A DNA stretch of 64,000 bases from positions 160,001-224,000 of the forward strand of contig CAWDSK010000003.1 in the NCBI GenBank assembly GCA_963804995.1, given 5' to 3'. The position numbers were made by a program, and so were the translations under genes. The notes beneath the pieces were generated by a model that made no database searches, was not told where the DNA came from, and saw only the letters and a program-made list of their open reading frames with translations. This DNA comes from an uncultured Acidobacteriota bacterium (GTDB lineage: Bacteria; Acidobacteriota; Terriglobia; UBA7540). Positions 31,896 through 42,784 of this stretch are shown here, one piece after another. Every line of letters begins with the position of its first letter. Within the stretch, counting starts at the first letter, position 1.

Positions 31896-33131
31896 CTATT
31901 CGGAGCGCAACGCTTCGATGGGATCGAGATAGGCAGCCTTTCTCGCAGGGTAATAGCCAAAGCTGATTCCGACCAGAGCAGAGAAAAAGACCGCGAGCAT
32001 TACCGCGCCCGGGCCGACTGTCGTTGCCCAGCCTGCCAGGCGTGAGATGAGGGTCGACGCCCCGATTCCGAGAATGATTCCCACGATTCCCCCCGCGATT
32101 GACAGCGTTATCGCCTCAACCAGGAACTGCGTAAGGATATCGCGCGTCTTGGCGCCGATAGCCTGGCGCAATCCAATTTCTCGCGTCCGCTCACGGACAG
32201 AGATCAGCATAATGTTCATAATGCCGATACCGCCCACCACCAGCGACACAGAAGCAATGGCCGCGAGCATGACCGCCATGATGCTCGCCGACGCCTCTTG
32301 CGCTGCGAAGAGCTCTTGCAAGTTGCGGATCGAGAAATCGTCGGCCTCGGATGCCTGCAGATGATGGCGCTGGCGAAGCAGCGCTTGGGCCTCGTCCTGG
32401 GCGGCCTGAATCACCCCGGCGGATTTTGCCTGCATCATGATGGTGTTCACGGCGTCCGCATTGGCTGAGCTGACCCCGATGACTTTCCGTTTGGCGCTTG
32501 AAATCGGGAGCAAAATAACGTCGTCCTGGTCCTGCCCTTGGGACGATTGGCCTTTGGGTGTCAGTACGCCGACGACCGTGAACGGCACATTCTTGATGCG
32601 AATCACCTGGCCGATCGGGTCCGCGCCGCCAAACAGATTGTCCACCGGCGTCTTGCCCAGCACCGCGACTTTGGTCGCCGAATCCACATCCTGCTGAGTG
32701 AATTCCGCCCCGTCCGAGACGGAGAGTTGACGAATGGTCAGATAGTCAGGAGTAACGCCATAGATTTGCGTCGCCCAATTGTTATTCCCGGAAACCACCT
32801 GGGCGCTGCCACGAACATACGGCGCCGTGAGCTCAACATCAGGACACTGCACGGGAATTTCTCTGGCATCCGCTTCCGACAACGTAACCGCATTGCCGGT
32901 GCCCAGGCGCACTCCGGAGCTGCTCGTGCTGCCCGGGATAATGATGATGATGTTGCTGCCGATGCTCGCGATTTGGTCCTGAATACGCTGCGTGGCGCCG
33001 GAGCCAATCGCCACAGTGGCAATCACGGATGCGACGCCGATCACAATGCCCAGCATGGTCAGCGCCGAGCGCAGCTTGTTCATCGTCAGCGCCCGGAACG
33101 CGATGCGCATGGATGATATTAGCTTCTTCAT
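31896..33131 (-). CDS. MacB-like ABC transporter permease
   Basis: NKLRSALTMLGIVIG, VGGIGIMNIML, ERTREIG, DPIEALR. Confidence 0.92.
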   Translation of the reverse strand: MKKLISSMRIAFRALTMNKLRSALTMLGIVIGVASVIATVAIGSGATQRIQDQIASIGSNIIIIIPGSTSSSGVRLGTGNAVTLSEADAREIPVQCPDVELTAPYVRGSAQVVSGNNNWATQIYGVTPDYLTIRQLSVSDGAEFTQQDVDSATKVAVLGKTPVDNLFGGADPIGQVIRIKNVPFTVVGVLTPKGQSSQGQDQDDVILLPISSAKRKVIGVSSANADAVNTIMMQAKSAGVIQAAQDEAQALLRQRHHLQASEADDFSIRNLQELFAAQEASASIMAVMLAAIASVSLVVGGIGIMNIMLISVRERTREIGLRQAIGAKTRDILTQFLVEAITLSIAGGIVGIILGIGASTLISRLAGWATTVGPGAVMLAVFFSALVGISFGYYPARKAAYLDPIEALRSE

Positions 33132-33886
33132 TGCGAAACCTCGACCGGCGTCCGGAGGTAAGCCAACAGGTCCTCGCTGGCTTTCTTGGGGTTGATCACC
33201 GGCGCGTCGCTGACGACGAGGCCATCGCGAAAGCCGATGATTCGACCCGCGTGCGCGGCGACCTCATCCGAGTGTGTGACCAGAACAATGGTGATGCCTT
33301 GAACATGGTTCAAATCCTCGAAGATGCTCATGATTTCGGCGCTGGTGTGCGAGTCAAGCGCCCCGGTGGGCTCGTCAGCCAGAAGGATTTCCGGTTTGTT
33401 GATCAGCGCGCGCGCGATGGCCACGCGCTGTTGCTGGCCACCCGAAAGCTGCGTGGGGAGATTGTGCTCGCGGCCGGCCAGTCCAACCAAGGTCAGCGCG
33501 TGTTCCGCCCGGTCGTCCGCATCAGGAGTATCAGTGTCCTTGTACAACAACGGCAGTTCCACGTTCTCCAGGGCACTCATGCGCGGCAGAAGATTGAAAT
33601 TCTGGAAGACGAAGCCGATCTTCTGGTTGCGAATTTCCGCAAGCTGGTCGCGATCAAGGCTCTCCACCGAATTACCATCGAGCAGATATTGACCTGAGGT
33701 TGGCCGGTCGAGACAGCCGATCAGGTTCATGAAAGTCGATTTGCCTGAACCTGACGCGCCCATGATCGCCACATACGTACCCTTCTCGATGGTGACGGTG
33801 ACGTTCACCAGGGCGTTCACGGTCACTTCCCCCAACCAGTAGGTCTTCTTGAGGTTTCTAACGTCGATGAGCGGTGGCACCAGCAC
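33128..33886 (-). CDS. MacB/LolD-like ABC ATPase
   Basis: [26 protein letters not shown]. Confidence 0.93.
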   Translation of the reverse strand: MLVPPLIDVRNLKKTYWLGEVTVNALVNVTVTIEKGTYVAIMGASGSGKSTFMNLIGCLDRPTSGQYLLDGNSVESLDRDQLAEIRNQKIGFVFQNFNLLPRMSALENVELPLLYKDTDTPDADDRAEHALTLVGLAGREHNLPTQLSGGQQQRVAIARALINKPEILLADEPTGALDSHTSAEIMSIFEDLNHVQGITIVLVTHSDEVAAHAGRIIGFRDGLVVSDAPVINPKKASEDLLAYLRTPVEVSQ

Positions 33887-33891
33887 CCTCC

Positions 33892-35345
33892 CTAGAATCC
33901 CGGGCCCCGGCGCCCGCCGCTGGCGCCGGGCGCCGAAGGCGCGGCCGCAGCCGGGGTGCTCGTAGCCGTGGTAAACCTGACCACAACCTGTTCTCCCACT
34001 TGTAGGTCGCCTGAAGTTACGGCCGTTGATTTGCCATCCGAGAGCCCAAAAGTCACCGGCACAGCTTTGAGCTTTCCAGCCGGCAGGGCATAGACTTGCT
34101 GCTTACCGGCTGGTGCCGGCGGGAGGCCGACCTTCGCCAGCACTGCTGCCGTTGGGTGGACTCGCAAGACAGCGTTCGGCACCTTGAGCGCATCATCCAG
34201 TCTTGCGGTCAGGATGCGCGCATTGGCCGTCATCCCCGGAAACAGTTTGAGATCAGGGTTGGCAACCGAAATCACGACATCGTACGTGACCACGTTCTGT
34301 ACATTGATCGGCGCCTTGCGGACGGCCGAGACTTGCCCGTGGAAGGTGGTGCCTGGATAGGCATCAACAGTGAATGTCGCTTTCTGGCCGGCGCTGAGGT
34401 TGCCGATATCGGACTCGTCCACGTTGGTATCGAGCTGCATTTTTGTGAGGTCTTGTGCGATCTCGAAAATGGTGGGGGCCGCAAACGATGCCGCAACGGT
34501 TTGGCCTACATCCATGCGACGTGCGATGACCGTACCATCCACGGGCGCGGTGATCTTGGTATGGTCGAGGTTGGCCTTGGCCTGCTCCAGTGACGCGCGT
34601 GATTGGCGTTCCTGGGCTTGGGCGGACATCAACTGGTTTTGCGTTACGCTCACCTGGGACTTCGCTGACTGGATGGTCTGCTTGGATGCTTCAATCTGGG
34701 ACTGGTCCGCCGCCACCTGAGCATCAGCAGCGTCCACGGCAGCCTTGGCGATGTCGTGATCCGTTTGGGAAATTATTCCATCCTTGAAAATGATGTCTTG
34801 CCTTTGCCATTGGTTTTTTGCGTTAAGCGCGTTGGCCCGGTCCTTGGCCAAAACTGACTCCGCACTCTTCTCATTGGCCATTGTCCCGGCCAGATCTGAT
34901 TTCGCCTTTTGGACCTGCGCGGCGGCCGTCATTGCAGCCGAGTGTACAGATGCCAGTGCAGCCTGGGCCTGGTCGACTTGCGTCTGGAATACCTGGGGGT
35001 CGATTTCCGCCACCAGCTGGCCTTTGGTTACCTTCGTGTTGAAGTCAGCGTATAGCGCTTTGATGTTGCCTGATACCTGGCTGCCGACCTGCACATCCAC
35101 AACTGCGTTGAGCGTGCCTGTCGCCGTGACACTGGCTTGGATCATCCCTCGCTCAACAGACACTAGTATCGTAATGAATTGCGTTCAGCGAATGCATCCG
35201 CCACAGTTCCAAGATTACGGCCAGTACCTACGACAATGCCGGCTGCCATGGCCCATTTGGCCCATTTGTGCCGGGGAGGTGCCTTGACTGGCAGCGGGGG
35301 AACCGAAATCAGCGGCGGGAGGTAATTCTGTATGGACATGATCAT
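33892..35345 (-). pseudogene. MacA-like membrane fusion protein with two +1 frameshifts near the 5' end
   Basis: VGSQVSG, APVDGTVI, GQTVAAS, VDESDIG; removing single bases at about 35228 and 35164 restores the TM anchor in frame; may be an assembly error. Confidence 0.75.
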
Positions 35346-36330
35346 CTACTGCCGTGGCCATCGGTCACCATCCTTTTTTTGCTCGGGGAGACTGCTGCTC
35401 TCCGCCGCTGATCCGTCCCACTTGTGCCGTCCGAGACACGCGCAGCACCTCGTGTGTTCGGCGAGTAGGCCTCTGCCAATCGCTATCAATTGAGTCGTAC
35501 CCAACCACAAATCATCTCGGGGGCTAAATACCCAACACCGCTATTCCTTCCGGCATGCTGCAATACCCTTCTGAGTTCTGCTGGGCATCCCACGGGGGTG
35601 GGAGGCCGGCGATATCCGCCTCCCACCAAAACTTAGGAGCCATTATCTTTATACTGCCGGGTCAATTCGATGTCAGTTCCACACGGCTCACCTGTATGGT
35701 CACAATTGCTCATCCCGGTTTGTTACGCTAAGACGCGGCGACTGTATAGCAGCACGGTGCGGCGAATCTCGGAGCTAGCGCCTCCGATCCATCGAGGCTA
35801 CGCACAGAGGGTGTCAGGGCAAATGTAAATAGAATCTGGAAGTAAAGTTTCGGCTCACGACACTAGGGGGACATCCCTGTCCCACCAGTGGTTTACTGGT
35901 GAACGACAGCGCCGCGAGCGGATTTGGCCTGGGAAGTCGCCTTCCCGTCAAGTGGGCGCCACATGGTTCTATAACGGCCTACTTGTAGAAGTGCCCATGC
36001 CTGCGCAGGATTACAGAACCTGTCATCGATGACTGGCCGGGAAAAACGCCATGGGTTAGGGCCAAGTCGCTCAACTCCCGCCTCGTATGCAAGATGCTAG
36101 CTTGTGTCCGCAGCGGGCGGCTACAAGGACTTTTCACTTTTGCATTTTGCCTTGCCCTTGCGGCTCGGCCGCGCCGCGCTATCTTCTTCCCTTTTGCCTT
36201 CCACAGGTGTATACGATTACCCCATCGCGTGGTCATGATGTACGCAGCTTGCGCAGATCACGAGCAGCGCCATGCACCTGACCCGGACAGCAGGCGCGAC
36301 CGCGCGGAAACCCGAGGTGAGATTACGCGC

Positions 36331-37212
36331 ATGTTGAAGCTTGACCGCCGCACCTTTTTGGCATCGGCCGGAGTGGCTCCGGTCCTGGCTGGCTGGAAGT
36401 CCGCCCCGCGCGCCGAGCGCGTCTACGACGTCCCTGCAGCCATTCACCGCTACCGCAAGCTGGATTGCCACAATCACATCTTCGGTGAACCCCGCCAGGT
36501 GATCGCTGCGGCGGACCGGCTGGAAATCGAGAAAGTTGCGATTTCCATTCCCGTCACGAAACCGGGCGAGGCCACGCCGGAGGCTTGTCGCGCGGCCAAC
36601 GATCGGGTGCTGAAGGCGATGCAGGATTTTCCCGGCCGCTTTCTGGGCCAGTGCTTCATCAATCCCCATTATCAGCGCAACGCGCTCGAGGAGATGACCC
36701 GGTGCCTGGACGCCGGCATGATCGGTCTGGGCGAACTCTATACGGCCGTGCGCATCAATGACCCTCAGTATTTCCCCATCTTTGAGAAGTGCATTGAGCT
36801 GAGGGTTCCCCTGCTGAGCCACGCCGGGGGAGATCGCAAGGATTACCGTGAGCCCAACCTGCCCGGCGCATCGAATGCCGACGATTTTGTGGAGGCCGGC
36901 CGCCGTTATCCGGAGCTGATGCTGATCTACGGTCACATCGGCGGAGGAGGCGACTGGGAGTCTGCCTGCAAAGCGTTGCGCAGCGCGCCCACCGTGTTTG
37001 CCGATACCAGCGGCAGCGTCACCGACGAAGGCATGGTCGACTTCGCCGTCAAATGTCTGGGAGTCCATCGCCTGCTCTTTGCCACAGATTTGAATTTCGA
37101 AACCGGCGTGGGAAAAATCCTGGCAGCGCAGCTTACTGAGGAAGAACGTCACCAGATCTTTTTCGACAACTTCAATGAACTTTTAAGGAAGCGGTCCAAC
37201 CATGCGCATTGA
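36331..37212 (+). CDS. Tat-exported amidohydrolase-family protein
   Basis: DRRTFL Tat motif, DCHNH, GHIGGGG, LLFATD. Confidence 0.85.
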   Translation: MLKLDRRTFLASAGVAPVLAGWKSAPRAERVYDVPAAIHRYRKLDCHNHIFGEPRQVIAAADRLEIEKVAISIPVTKPGEATPEACRAANDRVLKAMQDFPGRFLGQCFINPHYQRNALEEMTRCLDAGMIGLGELYTAVRINDPQYFPIFEKCIELRVPLLSHAGGDRKDYREPNLPGASNADDFVEAGRRYPELMLIYGHIGGGGDWESACKALRSAPTVFADTSGSVTDEGMVDFAVKCLGVHRLLFATDLNFETGVGKILAAQLTEEERHQIFFDNFNELLRKRSNHAH

Positions 37213-37996
37213 TTTCCACACTTATATCGGACACTGGCCGTTCCGGCAGTTACGCGGCAACACCCCGGCTGGCCTGGTTGATTACATGGGGCGGTTCGGC
37301 ATCGATCAGACGGTGGTCGCGAATATCAACGGCGTGTTCTACAGAAACACGCAGCCCGCCAATGAAGAGCTGGCCGAGGCCATCAAACCCTTTCCCGGCC
37401 GCTTCATCCCCTATGCGGTCATCAACCCCAGTTATCCCGACTGGGAGTACGACTTCGAAGTCTGCCACACCAAGCTCGGGATGAAAGGCCTGCGGCTCTA
37501 TCCCCAGTACCATGATTACAAGCTGACGGACCCGCGCCTCGCGAAATTGCTGGAGCTGGCGCGAGGACTCAAGATGCCGGTGGCTTTTTCGCGGTGGCTC
37601 GAGGACGATCGCCAACGCTCCTGGATGGATATCGGGGGGGAACTGACGCTCGATAGCCTGGTCCCCATGATTAAGGACAACCCGGGAACCTTTGTGCTCC
37701 TGAACGTCAACTTCTACCCGATTAAAGATGAGTACCTGAGTGGTCTCCACAACGCGGACGTATATTTCGATACGGTGTATGCCACCGCGAGCCTGCCCGC
37801 TCAAAGTGGTTACGACCTTCTCCGGCTGATCAAGGAGTTCGGGGTCGACCGCTTCCTGTTCGGCAGCGCGTATCCTTTTCGGGACCCGATTTCGGCGCTT
37901 ATTCGTCTGGAGGTCGTGCATGAATTGGACGCGGCGGCGAAGGATGCCATCTGGTCGGGCAACGCCCAGCGGTTAATAAATCGGCGTTCGGGATGA
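37202..37996 (+). CDS. Amidohydrolase-family protein with a degenerate metal site
   Basis: IDFHTYIG, RLYPQYH, FLFGSAYP; overlaps the upstream gene. Confidence 0.8.
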   Translation: MRIDFHTYIGHWPFRQLRGNTPAGLVDYMGRFGIDQTVVANINGVFYRNTQPANEELAEAIKPFPGRFIPYAVINPSYPDWEYDFEVCHTKLGMKGLRLYPQYHDYKLTDPRLAKLLELARGLKMPVAFSRWLEDDRQRSWMDIGGELTLDSLVPMIKDNPGTFVLLNVNFYPIKDEYLSGLHNADVYFDTVYATASLPAQSGYDLLRLIKEFGVDRFLFGSAYPFRDPISALIRLEVVHELDAAAKDAIWSGNAQRLINRRSG

Positions 37997-38093
37997 GGCG
38001 GTAGGGTTGAGAGTTAATATCGCGAGGCGGAAGTTCGTTAATGAAGGCTGCCCCAATCCCTCGGGCCGAGAAAGTGTGGCCCATTCCTAAGTG

Positions 38094-38264
38094 ACCCCCT
38101 CACCCGTCCCGCACCGGCTGATGAGAACGCCGGCTGCGGTCCACCCTCTCCCCCAAAGGGGCGAGGGTTATAGATTCCAATTAAACCTCCCTCTCTCATC
38201 CGAGCAAACCCAAACTGACTCCCCCCTCGCCCCGTTGGGGGAGAGGGGCGGGGGTGAGGGGGTT
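38094..38264. repeat. Palindromic repeat, CCCCTCACCC...GGGTGAGGGG family (no TIR or TSD)
   Basis: Related to 43788-43958 and to the interiors of the four MITEs. Confidence 0.85.
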
Positions 38265-38365
38265 GTCGCATCCGGCGAGCACACACGATTCTTCTCTGAA
38301 ACCATCTTATTCCGCTAAAATGGGTGCGCTTTTCGGCGACTTTGAAGGAGTGTGCGGTTCAGTCC

Positions 38366-40491
38366 ATGCGCATTGGAGTAGATACAGGCGGTACGTTTAC
38401 GGACTGCGTCGTCTTTGCGGGCGGCCAGGTCCGGATCCTGAAGGTCTTCTCCACACCTGAGGACGCCTCGAGCGCTATCGTCCGAGGGGTTATGCAACTG
38501 GCGAGATCCTCCACAACGTCCTCCGGCCGCAGGGACACGGAGCAGCAGCCGCCTGCCGGGAAAGTGCCGCGTCTCAACATCATTCATGGAACCACGGTGG
38601 GAACCAATAGCCTGATCGAGCGGCGTGGCGCGCGCGTGGCACTGATCACCACGGCCGGCTTCGAGGACCTTCTGGAAATTGGCCGCCAGACCCGGCCGCG
38701 CCTCTACGACCTGAACGTCCGGCGTGAACCCGCTTTGGTGCCGCGCGCTTTGCGTTTCGGAATAAAGGAACGGATTGCGGCGGATGGCAAGGTCCTCCTC
38801 CGGCCCTCCGAAAGCGCCATTCGCAACCTGAAGCGGCGTGTGAAAGAGTCACAGGTCGAGTCCCTCGCCTTGTGCTTCCTGTTCTCTTTCGCCCATCCTG
38901 CCCACGAGCGCCTCGTAGCCCGCCGCCTCAGAGACCTGGGTCTGCCGATCTCCGTTTCTCACGAAATCCTTCCCGAGTTCCGTGAGTTCGAACGCCTTTC
39001 GACCGTGGTGATCAATGCTTTTCTGGCTCCGCGCATGGGCAGGTATTTATCCAGCCTTGACCACCGCATGAGCGCCGAGCTTCGACGCCTTGACTCCCCT
39101 CCTGGGTTGAGAAGGAGGGCAGTAGGTAGTGGGTCCCGCATCTACGTGATGCAGTCAAACGGAGGAATCTCCACCGCCGCACGGGCCGCACGGGAGCCGG
39201 TGCGAACCATCCTCTCCGGGCCAGCCGGGGGGGTGGTGGCTTCAGCGTGGCTCGCTCAGCAATTGGGAATTGCCCGCGCCATCAGCTTCGATATGGGAGG
39301 GACTTCCACCGATGTCTGTCTGCTGGATGGCCCCCCACGCACCACGAACGAAACTTCGCTCGCGGGCTTACCCGTCGCCGTGCCCGTGCTCGAACGTGCA
39401 TTCCGTGGGCGCTGGAGGCGGGTCGTTGGCGCGGCTCGAACGCGGGAGGTGCGCTACGGGTGGGGCCGGAGAGCGCGGGTGCTACCCCCGGACCGATTTG
39501 CTACGGCCGAGGTGGCAAGGGACTGACCGTGAGCGACGCCAACCTGCTTCTGGGACGCCTCGATCCCGACCATTTTCTGGGTGGAGACTTTCGCCTCGAC
39601 GCGGAAGCGGCGGAGCGCGGGTTCGAGCGATTCCTTGCCGCGCACGCCCGCCATGCCGGGTTCAGGACCACCCGCCAGCTTGCCGCGGGAATTGTGGCCG
39701 TCTCAAACGCCACCATGGAGAAAGCCTTGCGCGTGATCTCCGTCGAGCGCGGCTACGACCCGCGAGACTTCTCCCTCATCTGTTACGGAGGCGCGGGCGG
39801 CTTGCACGCGGCTGATCTGGCGCGCGCGCTGGGCCTGCCTGCCGTCATCGTCCCGCAAAACCCGGGCGCCTTTTCGGCTTTGGGGATCCTGCTCTCTGAC
39901 GTGGTGCGAGACGTGGCGCGCTCGGTTCTGCTGCATGTGCCCGCCAATAATAATTCGGCCCTGCGCCCTCTCGTCGCGAATCTCAAGCAGCGCTTCGTGG
40001 GGCTGGGTCGCCTGGCCCGTTCTGAACTACGGAACGAAGGCTTCGAGGTCGAGCGCGCGACGGCCGCGCAGAGCCTCAACCTGCGCTACCAGGGCCAATC
40101 TTATGAGTTGTCCGTACCCTTTACGGCGGGCTTTCGCCAGGCTTTCGAGCGTGCCCACGAAAAAGCTTACGGCTATGCCCATCCGGGGCGGGAGCTTGAA
40201 ATCGTCAACCTCCGCCTTCGCCTGGTGATTCCTACCCCCAAGCCACGACTGCGGGCGCAGAAGTCGAGGCCAGGGCGTGACGCGCGCGGGGCGCTCGAGA
40301 AAACCAAACCCGTGTGGTTCGGACCAGAGGCACACCCGACCGGGATTTATGCGCGCGAACGCCTAGGGCCCGGCGCCCGTTTGGTGGGTCCGGCAGTCAT
40401 CACCGAGTATAGTTCGACGACGGTTGTGCCCCCGGACTTCGCCTGCGAGGTTGACGAGCACTTGAACTTGATCTTAAAGAGATGCCCGTGA
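38366..40491 (+). pseudogene. Hydantoinase/5-oxoprolinase subunit A with two +1 frameshifts
   Basis: GVDTGGTFTD, HGTTVGTN, SGPAGG, DMGGTSTD, GAGGGS, RYQGQSYE; extra A at about 39394 and 39440; may be an assembly error. Confidence 0.8.
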
Positions 40492-40511
40492 CGATCCGCA
40501 GACGTGGACGG

Positions 40512-40665
40512 CCGAAATTCGAAACTCGAAAATCGAAATTCGGCGCGAGTTTCGAATTTCGAGTTTCAATTTTCGTTTTGTGGTAATCAGGAGCCGGGGA
40601 GGTTCCACAATGACGACACTGCCGACCTGAAGGTCGGCGCTACTGTTCCCTATTCCCTATTCCCT
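40512..40665. repeat. Inverted heptamer array, GTAG-type REP and (TATTCCC)n
   Basis: CGAAATT/CGAAACT/CGAAAAT units and their complements; GCCGACCTGAAGGTCGGCGCTAC. Confidence 0.8.
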
Positions 40666-42348
40666 ATGAAGCACGTTGACGCTGCCGAACTCGAAATCTT
40701 CAAAAACCTCTTCCACTCCGCGGCGGAGGAGATGGGCGCCGCGCTGCGCCGCTCGGCGTTCTCGCCCAACATCAAGGAACGCCGCGACTACTCGTGCGCG
40801 GTGTTTGACGGCCAGGGACGCGTCGTGGCTATGGGCGATCACATGCCCGTGCATTTGGGTTCCATGCCCATGTCGGTGGCCGCCGCCTTGCACGCCCTCA
40901 AGCTGGGGCCGGGCGACATCGCCATGCTGAATGATCCTTATGCCGGGGGCACCCACCTGCCCGATATCACGCTGGTGATGCCGGTGTGGGAGCAAGGCTT
41001 CGGGATACGGGATACGGGGCACGGGATACGCTTGGTCACGCCCCTACCTGCGTTGGAAGTACCGACAATCGGCGCCAACCTCAAGGCCGAACGCCGTTCG
41101 GCCCTACCAACGCGAAACCGCCCCAGCTTCTACGTCGCCAATCGCGCCCATCATGCCGATGTAGGCGGCGCGCAGCCTGCCTCGATGGGCCTCAGCCGGG
41201 AAATTTACCAGGAAGGCCTGCGCATCCCACCCGTGGCGCTGGCGCGGGGCGGCGTGCTTCAGCAGGACGTACTCTCCATCCTGCGCTCGAACGTGCGGAC
41301 CCCGCGCGAGCGCGAAGGCGATCTGTTGGCGCAGGTAGCGGCCTGCCGGTTGGGCGAGCGCCGTTTGCAGGAGCTGCTCGAAAGATACGGGCAGGCGCGA
41401 ACCAATTTCTATCTCAACGCCTTGCAGGCCTATTCCGCACGCCTGATGCGCGAAGCCCTGGCAAATATTCCGCCCGGAGTCTACACCGCGGAAGACTATC
41501 TCGACAACAACGGCTACAGCTCCAAACCCATTCGCCTGCGCGTCGAGATCACGATCCGTAAAGGGCGGGCGGTAGTGGATTTTACGGGCACCTCGCCGCA
41601 GTGTGAGGGCAGTGTGAATGCGGTGTTCGCGATCACTTATTCAGCGGCGTTCTATGTTTTCCGCTGCCTGCTGGGTGAGGATGTTCCAGCTTGCGCGGGC
41701 TTGATGGATCCCGTGGAAGTGCTCGCGCCGGAAGGCAGTGTGGTGAACGCTCGACCGCCCGCCGCGGTGGCCGCCGGTAACGTTGAGACCTCGCAGCGAA
41801 TCGTGGATGTCCTGTTGCGCGCCTTAGCCAAGGCACTGCCTGACCGAATTCCCGCCGCCAGCTCTGGAACCATGAACAACCTCTCCTTTGGCGGGATCGA
41901 TCCGCGCACGGGTGAGCCCTTTGCCTACTACGAAACGATTGCGGGCGGCATGGGGGCTCGGCCCTCTGTCGATGGTCTCAGCGGCGTGCACACCCACATG
42001 ACGAATTCGCTCAATACTCCCATCGAGGCCCTGGAATCCGCCTATCCTGTACGCGTGCGGCGTTACTCGCTGCGTGAAGGCTCAGGAGGCGCCGGCAAAT
42101 TCCGTGGCGGCGAAGGGATTGTTCGCGAGATGGAGTTTCTTACGGAAGTGCGTGGGAATATCCTGTCAGACCGCCGCCGCTTCGGGCCTTACGGTTTGGT
42201 AGGGGGCAAGCCGGGGCGACCGGGAAAGAATGAACTGACCGTGCGGGGAAGAACGCGCGTTCTACCGGGCAAGGTGGCCTTTACGGCTCCGCCCGGCAGC
42301 GTCTTGAAAATCGAATCACCTGGAGGCGGTGGGTGGGGTAAGCGGTAG
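40666..42348 (+). CDS. Hydantoinase/5-oxoprolinase subunit B
   Basis: AFSPNIKERRDYSCA, PVHLGSM, NDPYAGGTHLPD, HHADVGG, YQEG, PGGGGWG. Confidence 0.92.
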   Translation: MKHVDAAELEIFKNLFHSAAEEMGAALRRSAFSPNIKERRDYSCAVFDGQGRVVAMGDHMPVHLGSMPMSVAAALHALKLGPGDIAMLNDPYAGGTHLPDITLVMPVWEQGFGIRDTGHGIRLVTPLPALEVPTIGANLKAERRSALPTRNRPSFYVANRAHHADVGGAQPASMGLSREIYQEGLRIPPVALARGGVLQQDVLSILRSNVRTPREREGDLLAQVAACRLGERRLQELLERYGQARTNFYLNALQAYSARLMREALANIPPGVYTAEDYLDNNGYSSKPIRLRVEITIRKGRAVVDFTGTSPQCEGSVNAVFAITYSAAFYVFRCLLGEDVPACAGLMDPVEVLAPEGSVVNARPPAAVAAGNVETSQRIVDVLLRALAKALPDRIPAASSGTMNNLSFGGIDPRTGEPFAYYETIAGGMGARPSVDGLSGVHTHMTNSLNTPIEALESAYPVRVRRYSLREGSGGAGKFRGGEGIVREMEFLTEVRGNILSDRRRFGPYGLVGGKPGRPGKNELTVRGRTRVLPGKVAFTAPPGSVLKIESPGGGGWGKR

Positions 42349-42558
42349 TCGCGGCCTGAAACTAATCTGGTCGGCTGGCGCAGACCCCGGCCCTTTGAGG
42401 TCTGCGATTTCCGAAGGACACGCGTGGGAAGTGACGGCTTACAGAAATTGTCCTCCAGAATGGCCTGCTGTTGGAGGAAGTGGCCGCACCAAAGCCTGGA
42501 ATCCCTTTGGGAGATCGCAGACGCTAAAGAGCAAGCGTCTGCGCCAGCCAGCCCTGCT

Positions 42559-42690
42559 CAGCACCACCCCGTCGCTCGACGCGCCACCCCTCCTCATCTG
42601 AGGAGGGGAGTTCTTAAAAAGCTCCCCTCCTGATTTAGGAGGGGTGGCGCTCAGAGCGACGGGGTGGTTACGGTGGCGCCGGGGTGGTTA
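42559..42690. repeat. CCCCTCCT-N-AGGAGGGG palindromic repeat
   Basis: Copies at 44075-44253 and 58724-59008. Confidence 0.85.
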
Positions 42691-42784
42691 CGGCGGGTAG
42701 AGTCAGAGACGTGAATCGCAGAGTTGGGCTCACTCTGCGCCAGCCGCCCCGATAAGATGGGGCATGAATTTGTCAGGAGCAACT

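Noticed and set aside
35346..36330. About 1-kb intergenic region as a hidden gene or ncRNA
   Set aside because: Only an isolated hairpin near 35598-35628 and motif-free short ORFs; nothing supportable by eye
39247..39526. Programmed frameshifting in hydantoinase A, macA or the GDSL gene
   Set aside because: No slippery sequence; double shifts within 46-65 bp fit indel errors or mutation better
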